The notes below the pieces were generated by a model, which saw only the letters and a list, made by a program, of their open reading frames with translations, was not told the origin of the DNA and searched no databases. Below, one piece after another: positions 1-11,729 of a stretch of 64,000 nucleotides of DNA. A program made the position numbers and the translations under genes. Source of the stretch: Marsupella aquatica (taxonomy: Eukaryota; Plantae; Marchantiophyta); NCBI GenBank assembly GCA_973895155.1, contig OZ316893.1:8555739-8619738 (forward strand), given 5' to 3'. Within the stretch, counting starts at the first letter, position 1; every line of letters begins with the position of its first letter.

Positions 1-207
1 ACCACCTGCTCCTCTCGAACGGCTTCTTCGCTGCAAATCACCACGACAAGCCTCTGCCTCACCCCGTTCTTCAGCACGTCCGCCCCTCGTGCTCTCGTCG
101 TTCTTCCTCTGAAGCCCAAAGGGTATGCTCTCGCTCATCACTTCGGTCACTTCGTCGAGGTAAACACCGAACACCATGACGCACTGCACTAGTGCACTTT
201 GTCTCTT

Positions 208-231
208 TCTCTCTCTCTCTCTCTCTCTCTC
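208..231. repeat. (TC)n microsatellite
   Basis: About 12 TC units read directly from the sequence. Confidence 0.9.
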
Positions 232-1630
232 ACTCCTCTGTGGGTCGAGCCAACGAACTGCGACTGCGGCCGTGACTGCGGCCATTTTATTGCTCACCGA
301 CAAACACAGTTAGCTAGTTAATGGTCCTCTAATAATTCACTCCAATCGTGCTAATTCAGACGCGTAATCCCTCGATCGTTTCACTAATCAGTAATCACAG
401 CACGTAGAACAGTACTATCATTCGCAATCAAAGTTTCCTTTTATTGAATTACTCCTTACAAGGAACCCGTACCGGTACTGTATTTCGTAACAAAGTCTAT
501 TTTCACTAGTAACTCGAGATATTTGATTGATGACCCCAAAATGAAAGTGTTACTTATTAAACAACTAAGGTTTTGAGTAAGTTGATTTATGGTCCATCAA
601 GGATCCTGATGAAATGACACTTTTCATTTTGAGGGTCAATAAGAGATGTATGATTGACCTCTACTTTATAATTTCTCTGGTAACAACAACTAATGACCAA
701 TTTTAATATTCAAAATATACGTGTGAGATGGGACTGTCCAGGAATTTGGGGCAATCAAGTTAGCCTTTAGCTCCTTTAGGGGAAAAAGGCTTTTCATGCA
801 TCTCAATGAAACTCTCGAAAGGAAGGCCAATATTCATGCCCTTGTGGCTCCTTTATTCTGTGCCAAAAAAACAGGAAGGTGTGTCATGTCGAGTAAGGCA
901 AGTTAAGCTTGGAATTAAACCATAACTCCACAATAAAAGATGGGTCATTGTTCATTTGCTTAGGTGAGCAGTAAACTATTTTGCAGGCTCTTTCCCTTCT
1001 CATCATCTACATTTTGAGTCCTAGATAGCCCTGTTAACTAATGTGTTCTTTCTTATATACAATCCTTGGCTGTATGAGAAATAGACAACTACTTGTGGTT
1101 CAGCGTAGAGGCTAGCGCTTCCCCAGGTGAGATGGGATCACAAATGAGGATAGCAGGTGCTATCTTTTTAGATCCAATTGCAAACGATTTTGCCTCCTAG
1201 GCAGCAACAGCTGTGTGGCACTGGGGGTTGCACTAGTGTCCAGTATCTCTATTGTAGTCTATTACAAAACTATACAAGAATGTTTGACATTATACTAGGA
1301 TGGACGATCCAAATTCACCTGGAAAGTTCTGAAATTATTTTCTTAATGTTCATTGTTTGGGTGTCAACAAATGTTTGGTCTATAAGAATACTCAGATTAA
1401 ATATTATGATTCATATGAGCATCAATTCTTGGTTTATGTTTGAATTTTTAACAGAAACTGAAAAGGACCAAAGGGAATGAGACGAGTGGCTTTTCCACCT
1501 TTATTAGATGTCTTGTCTTTGGGATGGTGGATCCAGGTTTGACATTTTCCGTTCTTTTGCAAGGTGCTATATCTGACAAGCGCACAGGGTGGATTTGGTC
1601 CCTCAAGTTTACTCCTATATTTCCCAGCAT

Positions 1631-2519
1631 TGTAAAATCGAACACCACTATGCTAATAGATAATCTAATCTAATCTAATCTTACAGGTCCTGAGAAACGA
1701 ATCTCTTCGTAAGACAAAATTAACATGGAATATTCTAACTACTCACTATCCTCAATTAATAAATTCACAAACAAACCACCGACAACAAGCGTATGATCGT
1801 CGATCTTCAATATCGACGCCTCACAGGGCACTAACGAGTCCTACTGCGTACGGGAAGCAGTGAAGTACCTGCAGCCGTCAATGGTGACTGTCTTCGGACT
1901 GCTCAGATCTGTCATCTATCCACTTCCCTTATTTACGGTTCCGGACGAACTGGCTTACGGTACGCCATCTGACACTTACCACGTAACCCGTATTAAACTA
2001 AAATGCAATCTGCACTTACGATTATTGTAATACATGAAACTACCGATTGGCCCATCTCGAGAGCCAACGGCTCCGATGTCGGGGCGTCTCAAGAATATCC
2101 CCCTCCGGCTGACGCTATTCGCGGATTTAACAAGCGCTTACGTCTTTACTTCAGGAGTAAACTGGGCCGTGCGAAGTACTAACTCTGCTGACCTGACCAG
2201 CCCCCTAACCAGGGACGAAAAGTGGAAACAGTCATGATTGTAATCGTCAAGTTGACCGCACTTGACGGTCATTTAACCGTTACGGAATTTACCATCGTGG
2301 GTTGTCGTGCCTGTACAAGGTGAGACTTAGTGAGTTACGGTAAATTGGGTAGCAGGTAACTGTCTGACTTGACTCAGCAGCTGGCAAATCTTCAGTATGC
2401 ACTTCAGCCGTCGATGAATTCGTTTGACGATCTCCATTCACCTACCTCGTGTTTGTACGTAGTAATTGGAGTCTACTCTTCCTAAGTGCACACTCCGGGG
2501 AAGAAGACTGGACGTTACA
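1631..2519. mobile_element. Candidate solo LTR or LTR-retrotransposon remnant
   Basis: CpG-rich 889-bp block bounded by TGTAA...TTACA. Its right end read on the minus strand (tgtaacgtccag...tgcacttaggaag) resembles the start of the 5381 block. No TSD is visible. Confidence 0.4.
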
Positions 2520-5125
2520 GTTAAAAGTGATAATTGCACATTTTCGGACTTCACACTTAATACATAGATGACATCATGGTTCTTCTTGTTTCTGGAGTGC
2601 TCAAATTCACTACAAAGTAGTCATCTCATGTTCAATTAAAAATTCTTGCACCTTCCCTAAGTCATCACCTGTACATCCCTTGGATTTGTACACAGTCGAC
2701 TATCTCATAACTGCAACATTAACTTTACATAAAATGGTATGCACTTATCTATAACAGTTCCCCTTAAACATTTCATGCTCACCGACAAGTACTAAAGGGT
2801 GTTTTGCAAGTAAATATTCTCTTTCATTAGGCCCCATTGTGCTTATACAAATTGCAAAAAAAATGTGCAAAATCAAACTACTACAACACCCAATCCTGCT
2901 CTTTTTGTAGCATAGTCAGTTTACAAAATGAGATTGGACCAGAATGATCAGAGGCCATTCGATCTACTGGTGTTTATTCTCAACCATTTGATCAAAAAAT
3001 AGAACCCCCCATGCACCCTCCCACTTAGCTAAGGAGGACAAATTCTGCCATGGAAAGGAAAGGTGAGGATAGTAACTCACCTAGGTGAGCACTACTAGCT
3101 GGCTTTTCCATGACCTTGACTGTTGGGGACAATCCTTATCCCAAGACACCATGCACATGTGAACATCATACAAATTAGTCGACACAATGAGTACGTGGTT
3201 CACCTCACGATTGAGGCTACGTCTAGGGGAAAGCAAGAGACCTTCACTTCTCTCTTGCTCCACTCCAACAATGAACTGAAGATCCACCAAAGGTTGGCAT
3301 CAGCCCTAGTTATATACCCTGGGTCCCCATTCTTAGGTAAAACGGGTTGGCCATAAGGGTCGATTTAATTCATATTGAAGTAATTTTTAGAATTGGCTTG
3401 TAACTAAGCAACCCACTCTTTTATACAAATGTCACTTTCCAAATAAGGAAGTGCACTTGATATTCTGCTCTCATTTGTTTTTGAGAAGGGGGTATAAAAT
3501 CATCTCCACCACACAACATCATCTTAGTGGTACACGTGGCATCATCTAATAGATACACATGTCTATGCCTTTTGGTATGCCGTTGTAAGTTGTGGGCAGG
3601 GTTGTGGGGTTTAGGGTAGGGTATGTTGAGGGGTTTAGGGTAGGTTTTTTGAACTGCCCTATGAGGAAATACATGGGGCAAATCCCTACCCATTGTATCC
3701 GAGGGAGGGAAGATCTTTGAACAAAGAAATGTAACTAATGAAGCCTATATAAAAATTATCAAATCTGGACTTTATAATTATTAATATCAAGGATATTAAG
3801 TATTATCAAAATGTGTTTTTTTCTAAATAAGAAGGCAAATTTTTATTGTTTCAAAAATAATAACAAGGGGTACTAGAAGGGGGTCTGTTCATAGGGGTAG
3901 AGATTTTTTACTGGAAGTGGGGGCCCAAGGGGTTATATACATCATGCATCACTGCTAATCTAAGCTAAATCCTAACCTGAGTTAGCTTAACTGCAGTTGG
4001 CTCTAGAGTCACAAGACTAAGAGCAATACTCAACATTGACCACCTCGTTGTCTCAAACTTTATGCAACAAATGCATTTCTCATTTCTTTATTCGTGTGCC
4101 TAGTATGTGTTTTCACTATACCCTCTTAAAACTGGTAATAAGTAGAGTACTCTGTCCCAAGTGTTTGTTTTCACTCTATTTATTCTAAGGATTGATTTTA
4201 TTTTTTTAAGGGAAAGACACATGTTGGTGAAACTCTCTAACCACACAAGGCACCCAATATTCTTTTTCTAGATTTGTTTCTTTCTAGCATTCTTTGCAAG
4301 TTCAATTTTTATTTAAGAAAGGACATATGGCAAAGTCTATTCACTCTAGCCCCTCCCACGTTGCATTTATTTTGGATGGTGGATCATCCGCCATCCTCTC
4401 TCTTTGTATTGGGTTGACCCACCATTCAATTGGTTCTCCCATTTTTAGACATTTAAATATGGGTCATTCATTGCATGTCTCACTCATCTGCTCCCCATGG
4501 ATTATTTTCCTTCCCCATTAATCAAATTTTCTGCCCTTTGGTGCCTGATTGGGTAGGACCTCTGGGCCTCCCCCCTAGGCAACTTTTGTCCCCCGACTGT
4601 GGTTTGGGTTGACTGCCCCACCTTTTCAAAAAGAAAAAATCAAAAAATCAAACTTCTGCCCTCGCCAAGTACATATATTTTGTTGTTTTTTTTGCCATCT
4701 TCTTCATCAATAATGTGGACCCAAAAGAAAGATTTGGATCACTACAACAACTTTTTTCAAATGAAAACACTTCCATGCATCACCTGCTTTTGCTCAAAAA
4801 AGATTTCCACTCAACTTTATTTCTAAGCAAATTTTTGTTTGAAGGTACTTTTAAATCTACTAGTCAACTACAATTTTCTTGCAACACAACACCTTCTCTT
4901 GAAAACACTTTGGCTTTGACATTTTCACTCAATTACACTTTCTCTCAACAACAACAGCATTGACCCAAAGGCAGTGACAAGTTCTGTGCAACACACAGGT
5001 ATGATTGAGCCTCACCTTGACAATGTTGCCTCACCCCCACTCTTTGCCTCACCTAGACATTTAAACTTGTCTTCTGCATTTTGGTCTTGTCTTGACATCT
5101 TTCTCTTATCTTGACATCTATATTT

Positions 5126-5320
5126 TCCTCAACATCCTTGTCTCACTCTGACATCTTTGTCTCACTTTGACATCTTCTCCTCACCTCAACGTCTTTCCCT
5201 TGTCTTGACATCTTGTTATCTCCTCAACATCTTTCCTTGTCTCACTCGGACATCTTTGTCTCACTTTGACATCTTCTCCTCACCTCAATTTCTTTCCCTT
5301 GTCTTGACATCTTGTTGTCT
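5126..5320. repeat. Tandem duplication, unit about 98 bp, built from gacatctt/gtctcact sub-repeats
   Basis: Two near-identical copies of tcctcaacatc...gacatctttgtctcactttgacatcttctcctcacctcaa...cttgtcttgacatcttgtt. Confidence 0.85.
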
Positions 5321-5380
5321 TGACTCTTTTGTGCAACACATGGGCATCAGGCTAGTGATAGGATAAATGGGAACACACCT

Positions 5381-6519
5381 TGCAATGTACCCAGGTTTTC
5401 AACTTATACATTATGCACTTAGGAAGCGCCGACTACGTGGTTAACTGGCCTTCATGGGACATTTAATCGTTAACAATCGAGGCTAATCCCAACAGATAAG
5501 GTGGGGTCTAAGACAGTATGACTACTGTAGTCAGCGAACATTCTTCCAAGTTGTCGAGGCGTTAATTCTGAGGTCAGTAGGTACTTTGGTACGTCCTGTC
5601 CGTGAGACTAGGGTATGCTATTCTTCCGACCGAGGTTCAAAACTTGGAGGCGCCACATCATTGCGATAAGCTGTCCGCAAGACCCCACCTTATCCACAAA
5701 AGAAACGGTTAAACGTTATTACCGTAACCGGCAAGAGTACAAGATAAAAATACCCTATTATTACCCTCGGACAGTCGGACTTGTCCGTTCGGAGGGTCAC
5801 GGACCATCGGTATAGAAGTACAGTCCTCAACGTGTCGCCACGCCGTCAGGATCTCTTCGGCCGGCACCGTCGACGGTCAGTCTGAAAGTTGTTTACTACC
5901 AATAGTAGTGACTGACTACGGTTACTGGGAAAATGGTCCCGATTTAATCTGGAACTGAAACTTTAACTACTGCATAGTACCTTAGAGCTCCTCGGTTCGC
6001 GCGAAAATAAACTAATACGATAACTGTAATTATGAAAATTTCGGGCTCGATTATCGAAATATTTTGGGGTCATGTACAGAGAATTCAGAATTCTGTCATG
6101 TAAATTTTAATAACTTAAAAATGTTATGGACAATCCAGTACTATCACATAGAGTGATTGAAACAGTTCAGGCAACTAGTGTCCATAATCGGCATTGAGTG
6201 TCAATTGTTCTACAGCAGACTCAGACATTCACTATTTTGGTCGGGTTGAAGTAATTTGTTTTAGTTGAGTGAACCTCGTTTAGGGTCCTAGCCAAATCTA
6301 TCTTTGTGACCCTCTTATACAATTCACCCCAAAGCTCTACCAGACGTTTCAGGTTGTGGCGTAGTACGACTTTAGTTCTTCCATTGTTCAGGCTCTTGGG
6401 TTTTAGTACTCTTAGAATTTCTTGATTTTTGCATTTGTTTTTCCCATAACTTGGGTTTTTGGCCTTTAGGATCATGTCTTCCAGTCAGGTGTTAGCAGTT
6501 CTACATATGGGGGATTACA
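5381..6519 (+). mobile_element. Candidate LTR-like remnant related to the 1631-2519 block
   Basis: Begins TG (tgcaatgtacccag...tgcacttaggaag) and ends ggattaCA. Shares the 13-mer tgcacttaggaag with the reverse complement of the end of the 1631-2519 block. No TSD. Confidence 0.3.
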
Positions 6520-6737
6520 AATGGTGACTTTTACATTATAAGTCATATTTCAGGATTTATGAGTCACATCTCAAAATTGAAAAGTCTCCTCAGAGTATTT
6601 AAAGATGTTTTCTGTAAGTCCATGCCATTTCTGAAGTCCATCTGGGCTTCACAACAAACTTCCTGGTCCATCCCGGCTTTACATTCAATGTTGGGCCACA
6701 TCTTATTTCCTAAATGATTCAAAGTCCCATGCTACTA

Positions 6738-7917
6738 ACCAAGATGGCACTATGGTAAAAGAAACTCCAGGTGGGGGCTCCCAATGGGAATGGCCCAGGC
6801 CAATATGGAAACGCAATTACTAAGTGTCTTGAAATGCCCAAACGAGGGATAGAAAAGGAGGTCAGAGGATAGCACTAGTGATATTCATGAGAAATTATTG
6901 CATTGCATATGGAAATTATTGCATTGTATATGGAGGTGGTTGGAGGAGACGATAATTCCCTCGGTCATTCAGAAGCAAAGAGGTTTGCAATGAAGGCTGC
7001 ACAAGCTTTGTTGGCTTTGTTGGGACCTCCTCAAAATTGCCACAAGTGTACACCTCATAAATTTTGGCAGATTAGCAGAGGTCAGAGGGTAGGACATGGA
7101 TATTTATGAGCCCTTACTGCATTGTTTGTGCCTATGTGGAAATACAATCGCAGCTAATATGGAGGTGGGTGGAGGAATGATGATTCATTCGGCCATCCAA
7201 CAGCATAGAGGATGTGCAATTATGTATTTGGTAAAGTCATGTTTAGCTTAGATGGAGTCATGGAGGTCAGGAGGTGGGTGGAGGAAATGTGGGTGGAGGA
7301 AATGATGATTCATTTGGTCACCTAGCACCGGAGTAGGGTTTGCAACTATGTATATGGTATACTAATGTTTTACAGGGCATTGTGTGCCATACTGCCAGAT
7401 ATTTACTGATGGGGCCAGAATGATTTGTTTTACTTGATGGACCACGTGAGTGATCCAGACCATTGATACCCAAGATCTCATGGGGTTGGTTGGGGAGAAT
7501 GACAAGAAGCCCAATAGGGGGCGGGGTGGGGGACAACGGAAAAACCCAAGTGCCAAAGTAACCAAAACCTCCAAGAGCCACAGAGCCTGAGAGTCCTGAG
7601 AGACTGAGTATTTTTTGCAAATTTATAGGACTTTCAATTCTTCATGAGTAAGCAATATTAGACTCTTTGGAAAGATGTTTCCAAACGACAACCCAATAGC
7701 AATGATTGTGTTATATTGAAAGTCAAAGTTAGCTATCGAGACATTTTTGGAATCATGAAGGGTGTCAACTACTGACAGTGTTAAGGGTGTCACTGCCCAT
7801 GGGTTTGCCTAGTTCACCTGCTTTGTGCATAGGCTTCAACTTTTATTTCTTCTACCCGTGATTTTAGCAGAAAAAAGTCAGTTGTGACACGCCCTACTAC
7901 CCTAGTGCCATCTTGGT
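6738..7917. mobile_element. Candidate non-autonomous TIR element
   Basis: Perfect 15-bp inverted repeat accaagatggcacta / tagtgccatcttggt, extending inward with one mismatch. Contains degenerate internal repeats of ggaggtgggtggaggaatgatgattcatt. No clear TSD. Confidence 0.5.
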
Positions 7918-8294
7918 GCATAAAGACCTGTGCAAAATCTTAATTATTTTTATCCCTGGAAGTAACACTATCCAATCTTTTTTAAGAAACAAGCTATACA
8001 CCCAAAAGTTACTGTTCATATCAAGACTATTCTTAAAATTTATACCACAACATTCTTTCTAGCCCTCACCAGCCCTCGTCCAATATTTAAATATCTCTAG
8101 AAGTAGAGTTTAGGGTTTAAATATCTCTAGAAGTAGAGGATATTCAAGAGTTTTTGAATGTTCTGGCAGTTGCGATCCAAACTTTGAATATATTTTTATG
8201 TTTTTGCACAAGCAGTGATGGCCCGTACCAGTCTTTTTTTTTAGGTTTTATGTCTTTCATTGGCCAGTTGCCCACAGAGCAACATACCCCATCA

Positions 8295-9293
8295 GCCAGA
8301 ATCTAACGTTCACCCCTGGAATGTAGGGAGATCTGACGGTCATGAATTAAATTAAGAAAAATTAAATTAAGAATATCCCCAGCATCTTCTCATCTACTCG
8401 TTCTCACAGGGTGACATTCCTTATGAATAAACCCTGGAAATTAAGCTGGGCCCTACTACTGGCTCATAAACATTATCCTGCAAATCTGCGATTTTCCCGT
8501 TCTAAATTCCTGACAGAGAAACCCTCTATATTGTATCATTCTCCCAGTTCTTCTTCCCAAGAATTGCATTCTTGTGCACACATTCCGTTGCCGCCAAATC
8601 ACTTGTGATCGTGGATTCACAGAATGACGGTGCTATTCACGCAGGATCAGAATGTTCGTTGTTGCAGGTTTCAGTTTGCTCTGCCTAGAGTCGAGTCTAA
8701 CAGAATTATTCTCGATACTTGCAACAGACGGGTTTTGAAGTTTGAACCCCGGCTTGTACACCATGACTGTCAGCTCGTGTAAAACAGTGGTAAACGACGG
8801 TTCCAGGCTGCCCTGCGCTGCCTGCCCCGCCCTGCCCTGCCTGCCCACCTGTGACTGCCCTTGCGCCACCCAACCGCGCGGAGCCTTCCCTTACCTGCCC
8901 ATTTCGTATTTTCTGACCTGCCCAGATTCGTGTGCTGCCGCAGCGCTACCCTGCCCATTTTTAATTTCTGGAGGGTTTTCCTTTTTCGAAGGACGGTTCC
9001 TGAATTCTGTGTCCCTGGTCCTTGAAGATTCCAGGCTGCCCTGCCACTGCCCACCCGTGTCTGCCCGTACGCCACCCAACCGCGCGGCGCCTTCCCTTAC
9101 CTGCCCAATTCGTATTTTCTGCCCTGCCCAGATTCGTGTGCTGCCGCAGCGTTAATTTTTTAAGGTTTTTTCTTTTCCACCACGACGAGTGTCACCTTTG
9201 TGAATTAAGTAATCTTCATTATCTAATTCTCCTAGATTACATTTGACCGTCAGATCTCCCACAACTTTATATAACCATTAGATAGATTCTGGG
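8295..9293. mobile_element. Non-autonomous TIR (MITE/MULE-like) element with duplicated GC-rich core
   Basis: Perfect 17-bp IR gggagatctgacggtca (8326-8342) / tgaccgtcagatctccc (9244-9260), plus outer IR ccagaatcta / tagattctgg. Internal direct repeat of about 120-145 bp at ~8801-8946 and ~9029-9150, rich in CTGCCC. Confidence 0.65.
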
Positions 9294-10247
9294 CTTTGGA
9301 AGACGTGAACAACCTAGTGTAGCCTTATTTGGTGGAGGGGGAATCTAGCAGATTTTGGTGACTAGAAATATGCTAACCTTGCCCTGCCACCTGAGCCTAG
9401 CCTGCCCAGTGAGCCAAGCTCCACCTTGCCTGCCCTCACTTCACCCAAGTACCAAATCACCTACCAGAGAGTCCTGGTTCTTTTTATTGTGTTTGAGACT
9501 AAAACTAGACCATGTAACCAAGACCTAGAAAATGACTAAAAATGGCCTTTACAAAAGGTTCGGGCTCATGAAGGGATGGTGTCAACCAATCCTACATGGC
9601 AAACAATGGACCCAAAGAAATGCTGAGGTGGAACTAATAGTGTCTAGTATTTTAGACCACTTCCAAAGGTGGTCCAAACTTTCCCTCTTTTGTCCAAAGG
9701 ATTCTCATTTATTGAACTTCATGTCAAGAACTTGGTCTCAAGTCTATCTTTAGAACCGGCACGTCTTGTAAAACCATCCTAAGAGCTCTCCCTCCAGTCT
9801 GCCAAACATAGCGGCCAAGAGGGTCTATGGCTCGCCATAAGCAATAATGGCTTCTCACCATTCCCTAGCCCTCCTTTTTCCCACTCCACTGGGACGCTCC
9901 TGCACTGAAAGAGCCTGATAAAGCCCTTGAAGTGACTGCCATCTTGCCTGGACATCCAAGATTGGATGTGACCACATCATCCCACAACTGCACTGTAGAT
10001 GGTTGCGAGCAAAATGGACCTTGTTATTCACTTCTGAATGAGTGGCCAGCAGGGTTCACTCTTGGGTCAGGACCTGGGCTCCCACATACATTTTCACCCT
10101 GCTAACCTCAAACGGCAAGGTGGTTTTGTGGGAATCTCTAACCACTGCGTCCAACCCTTCTCTTTCATTAAGTTTTCCTTAAGCTTTCCTTTGGCTGCCC
10201 CAACATTGGTATTCTGTGTACTACTCCGGTACCCTTAACCCGTTCTG

Positions 10248-10411
10248 TAATTCCACTTTGTCACTAGCCCCTACTACCCGTTCTTTGAACATGAATAGCA
10301 GGGAGGATAATACAAATCTTAATAAAATATAATTCCACTTTGTCACTAGCCCCTACTACCCGTTCTTTGAACATGAATAGCGGGGAGGATAATACAAATC
10401 TTAATAAAATA
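10248..10411. repeat. Tandem duplication, 2 x 82 bp
   Basis: taattccactttgtcactagcccc...cttaataaaata occurs twice with one substitution. Confidence 0.95.
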
Positions 10412-11258
10412 TATTTTCACATGTTTTGAAGGTTAATAAAAAGACTAAAAAGATCATCATGCATGTCATCATTTTAATAATTATACATGACATATCATAT
10501 TTTTTTCTATGCACATTCTTCTTTCTATGCTTATATGTTATGGTGGAGCCATATAGCTCATTTTTTAATATAAATAGAAATCATGATAAAAAGTATACAT
10601 GATTATCATTTGACATACATCATAATCACGAGTTTTCCCATCCACATGATGAGCCATGGAGTTACAATTTGATCTAGAGGTTTCACTCTAGAAATCTAGA
10701 CCCCGACTCTAGCATTGACATTTTATAAGCAAAAGAACCCAGTCCTATTTGACTTGGAGGATATGAGATTTAGGCCTAGGGGATTACATATCCCCAAGTC
10801 ACTAGGAATGGGGGTTATATTACTTAGAGCAAAATTGCACTTGGGGAGGTTTCATTCATTAACCTATGGCTAAGCCTCAGCATGGTTATAAACCCCTCAG
10901 GCTAACCTCCCTAGGGGATTATAATCCATAATTCCCTTGAGGTCATGGGTCATCTTTCCCTCCATCCTCAGCTTAGTCGTCTTTCTTTCCCCTGCCCGGC
11001 CTCTTCATGGCTGCCCTGCCAAATGTCTTGTTCTTTCTTACGCACAAAATTCTCTCCTCTGCTTTTCCCACAAAACAAAACATGGAAAGATTGACACTCA
11101 CAGAAGGGAGGACCTGCCCGCAAAAATCGTCTTCCGTGCCCTGCCCAGGTTTTTCTTCCTTCCCTGCCCAATCCTCCACCTTTTTTCGCTTCAATTTCTG
11201 CCCTTCTCCCTTTCATTCGTAGTGCTTCTCCAAAATCGCGAGCTCCGATCCTCGTAAC

Positions 11259-11280
11259 GAGAGAGAGAGAGAGAGAGAGA
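11259..11280. repeat. (GA)11 tract upstream of POLK, possible GAGA element
   Basis: The tract is seen directly, about 450 bp upstream of the POLK ATG. A regulatory role (BBR/BPC binding) is inference. Confidence 0.7.
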
Positions 11281-11729
11281 GGAGAATACACGAATCTAGC
11301 AAAGACGCATAGGGCAATAATGGGAAGAAAATGAATCAACTTATATCCCCTTACAAACTCTGCTGAACCCAGCAAAGTGGGAAAGAGCTGGCTTGAGCTA
11401 TATTTGATCAGCTCCAGCCTCTTTTCGGCAGCATCCTCGGATTCTTGTAGACCTCTTCGTCACGCACCCACTGAAACCCAGATACTGAATTGAAAAATTG
11501 GGAGTCTTAGTGAGGGAAAGATACCCCGGAGAAAAGCTGCATTCAGGTTCTGAGAAAAAAGCTCTGCTTTCTGGCTTTTAGAGTCAATAATTGGACCGGA
11601 AATTCGCGAAATTCTGGGGCATCGATGTGCAGCTGAGAAAGGAGAGGATCAGCTACGAGGACTTGAGAGACGCCGGTCATCAGACACTATGCATGAAGGA
11701 GAAAAGTAAGGATTTTCGCGACGATCAAT

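Noticed and set aside
3595-3650. Interstitial telomere repeat
   Set aside because: Only two isolated TTTAGGG units within a G-rich patch; not an array.
9530-10230. Possible degraded LINE ORF2 C-terminal relic on the minus strand
   Set aside because: Only a weak ESLDHLW-like hint; too many stops to support a call without an alignment.
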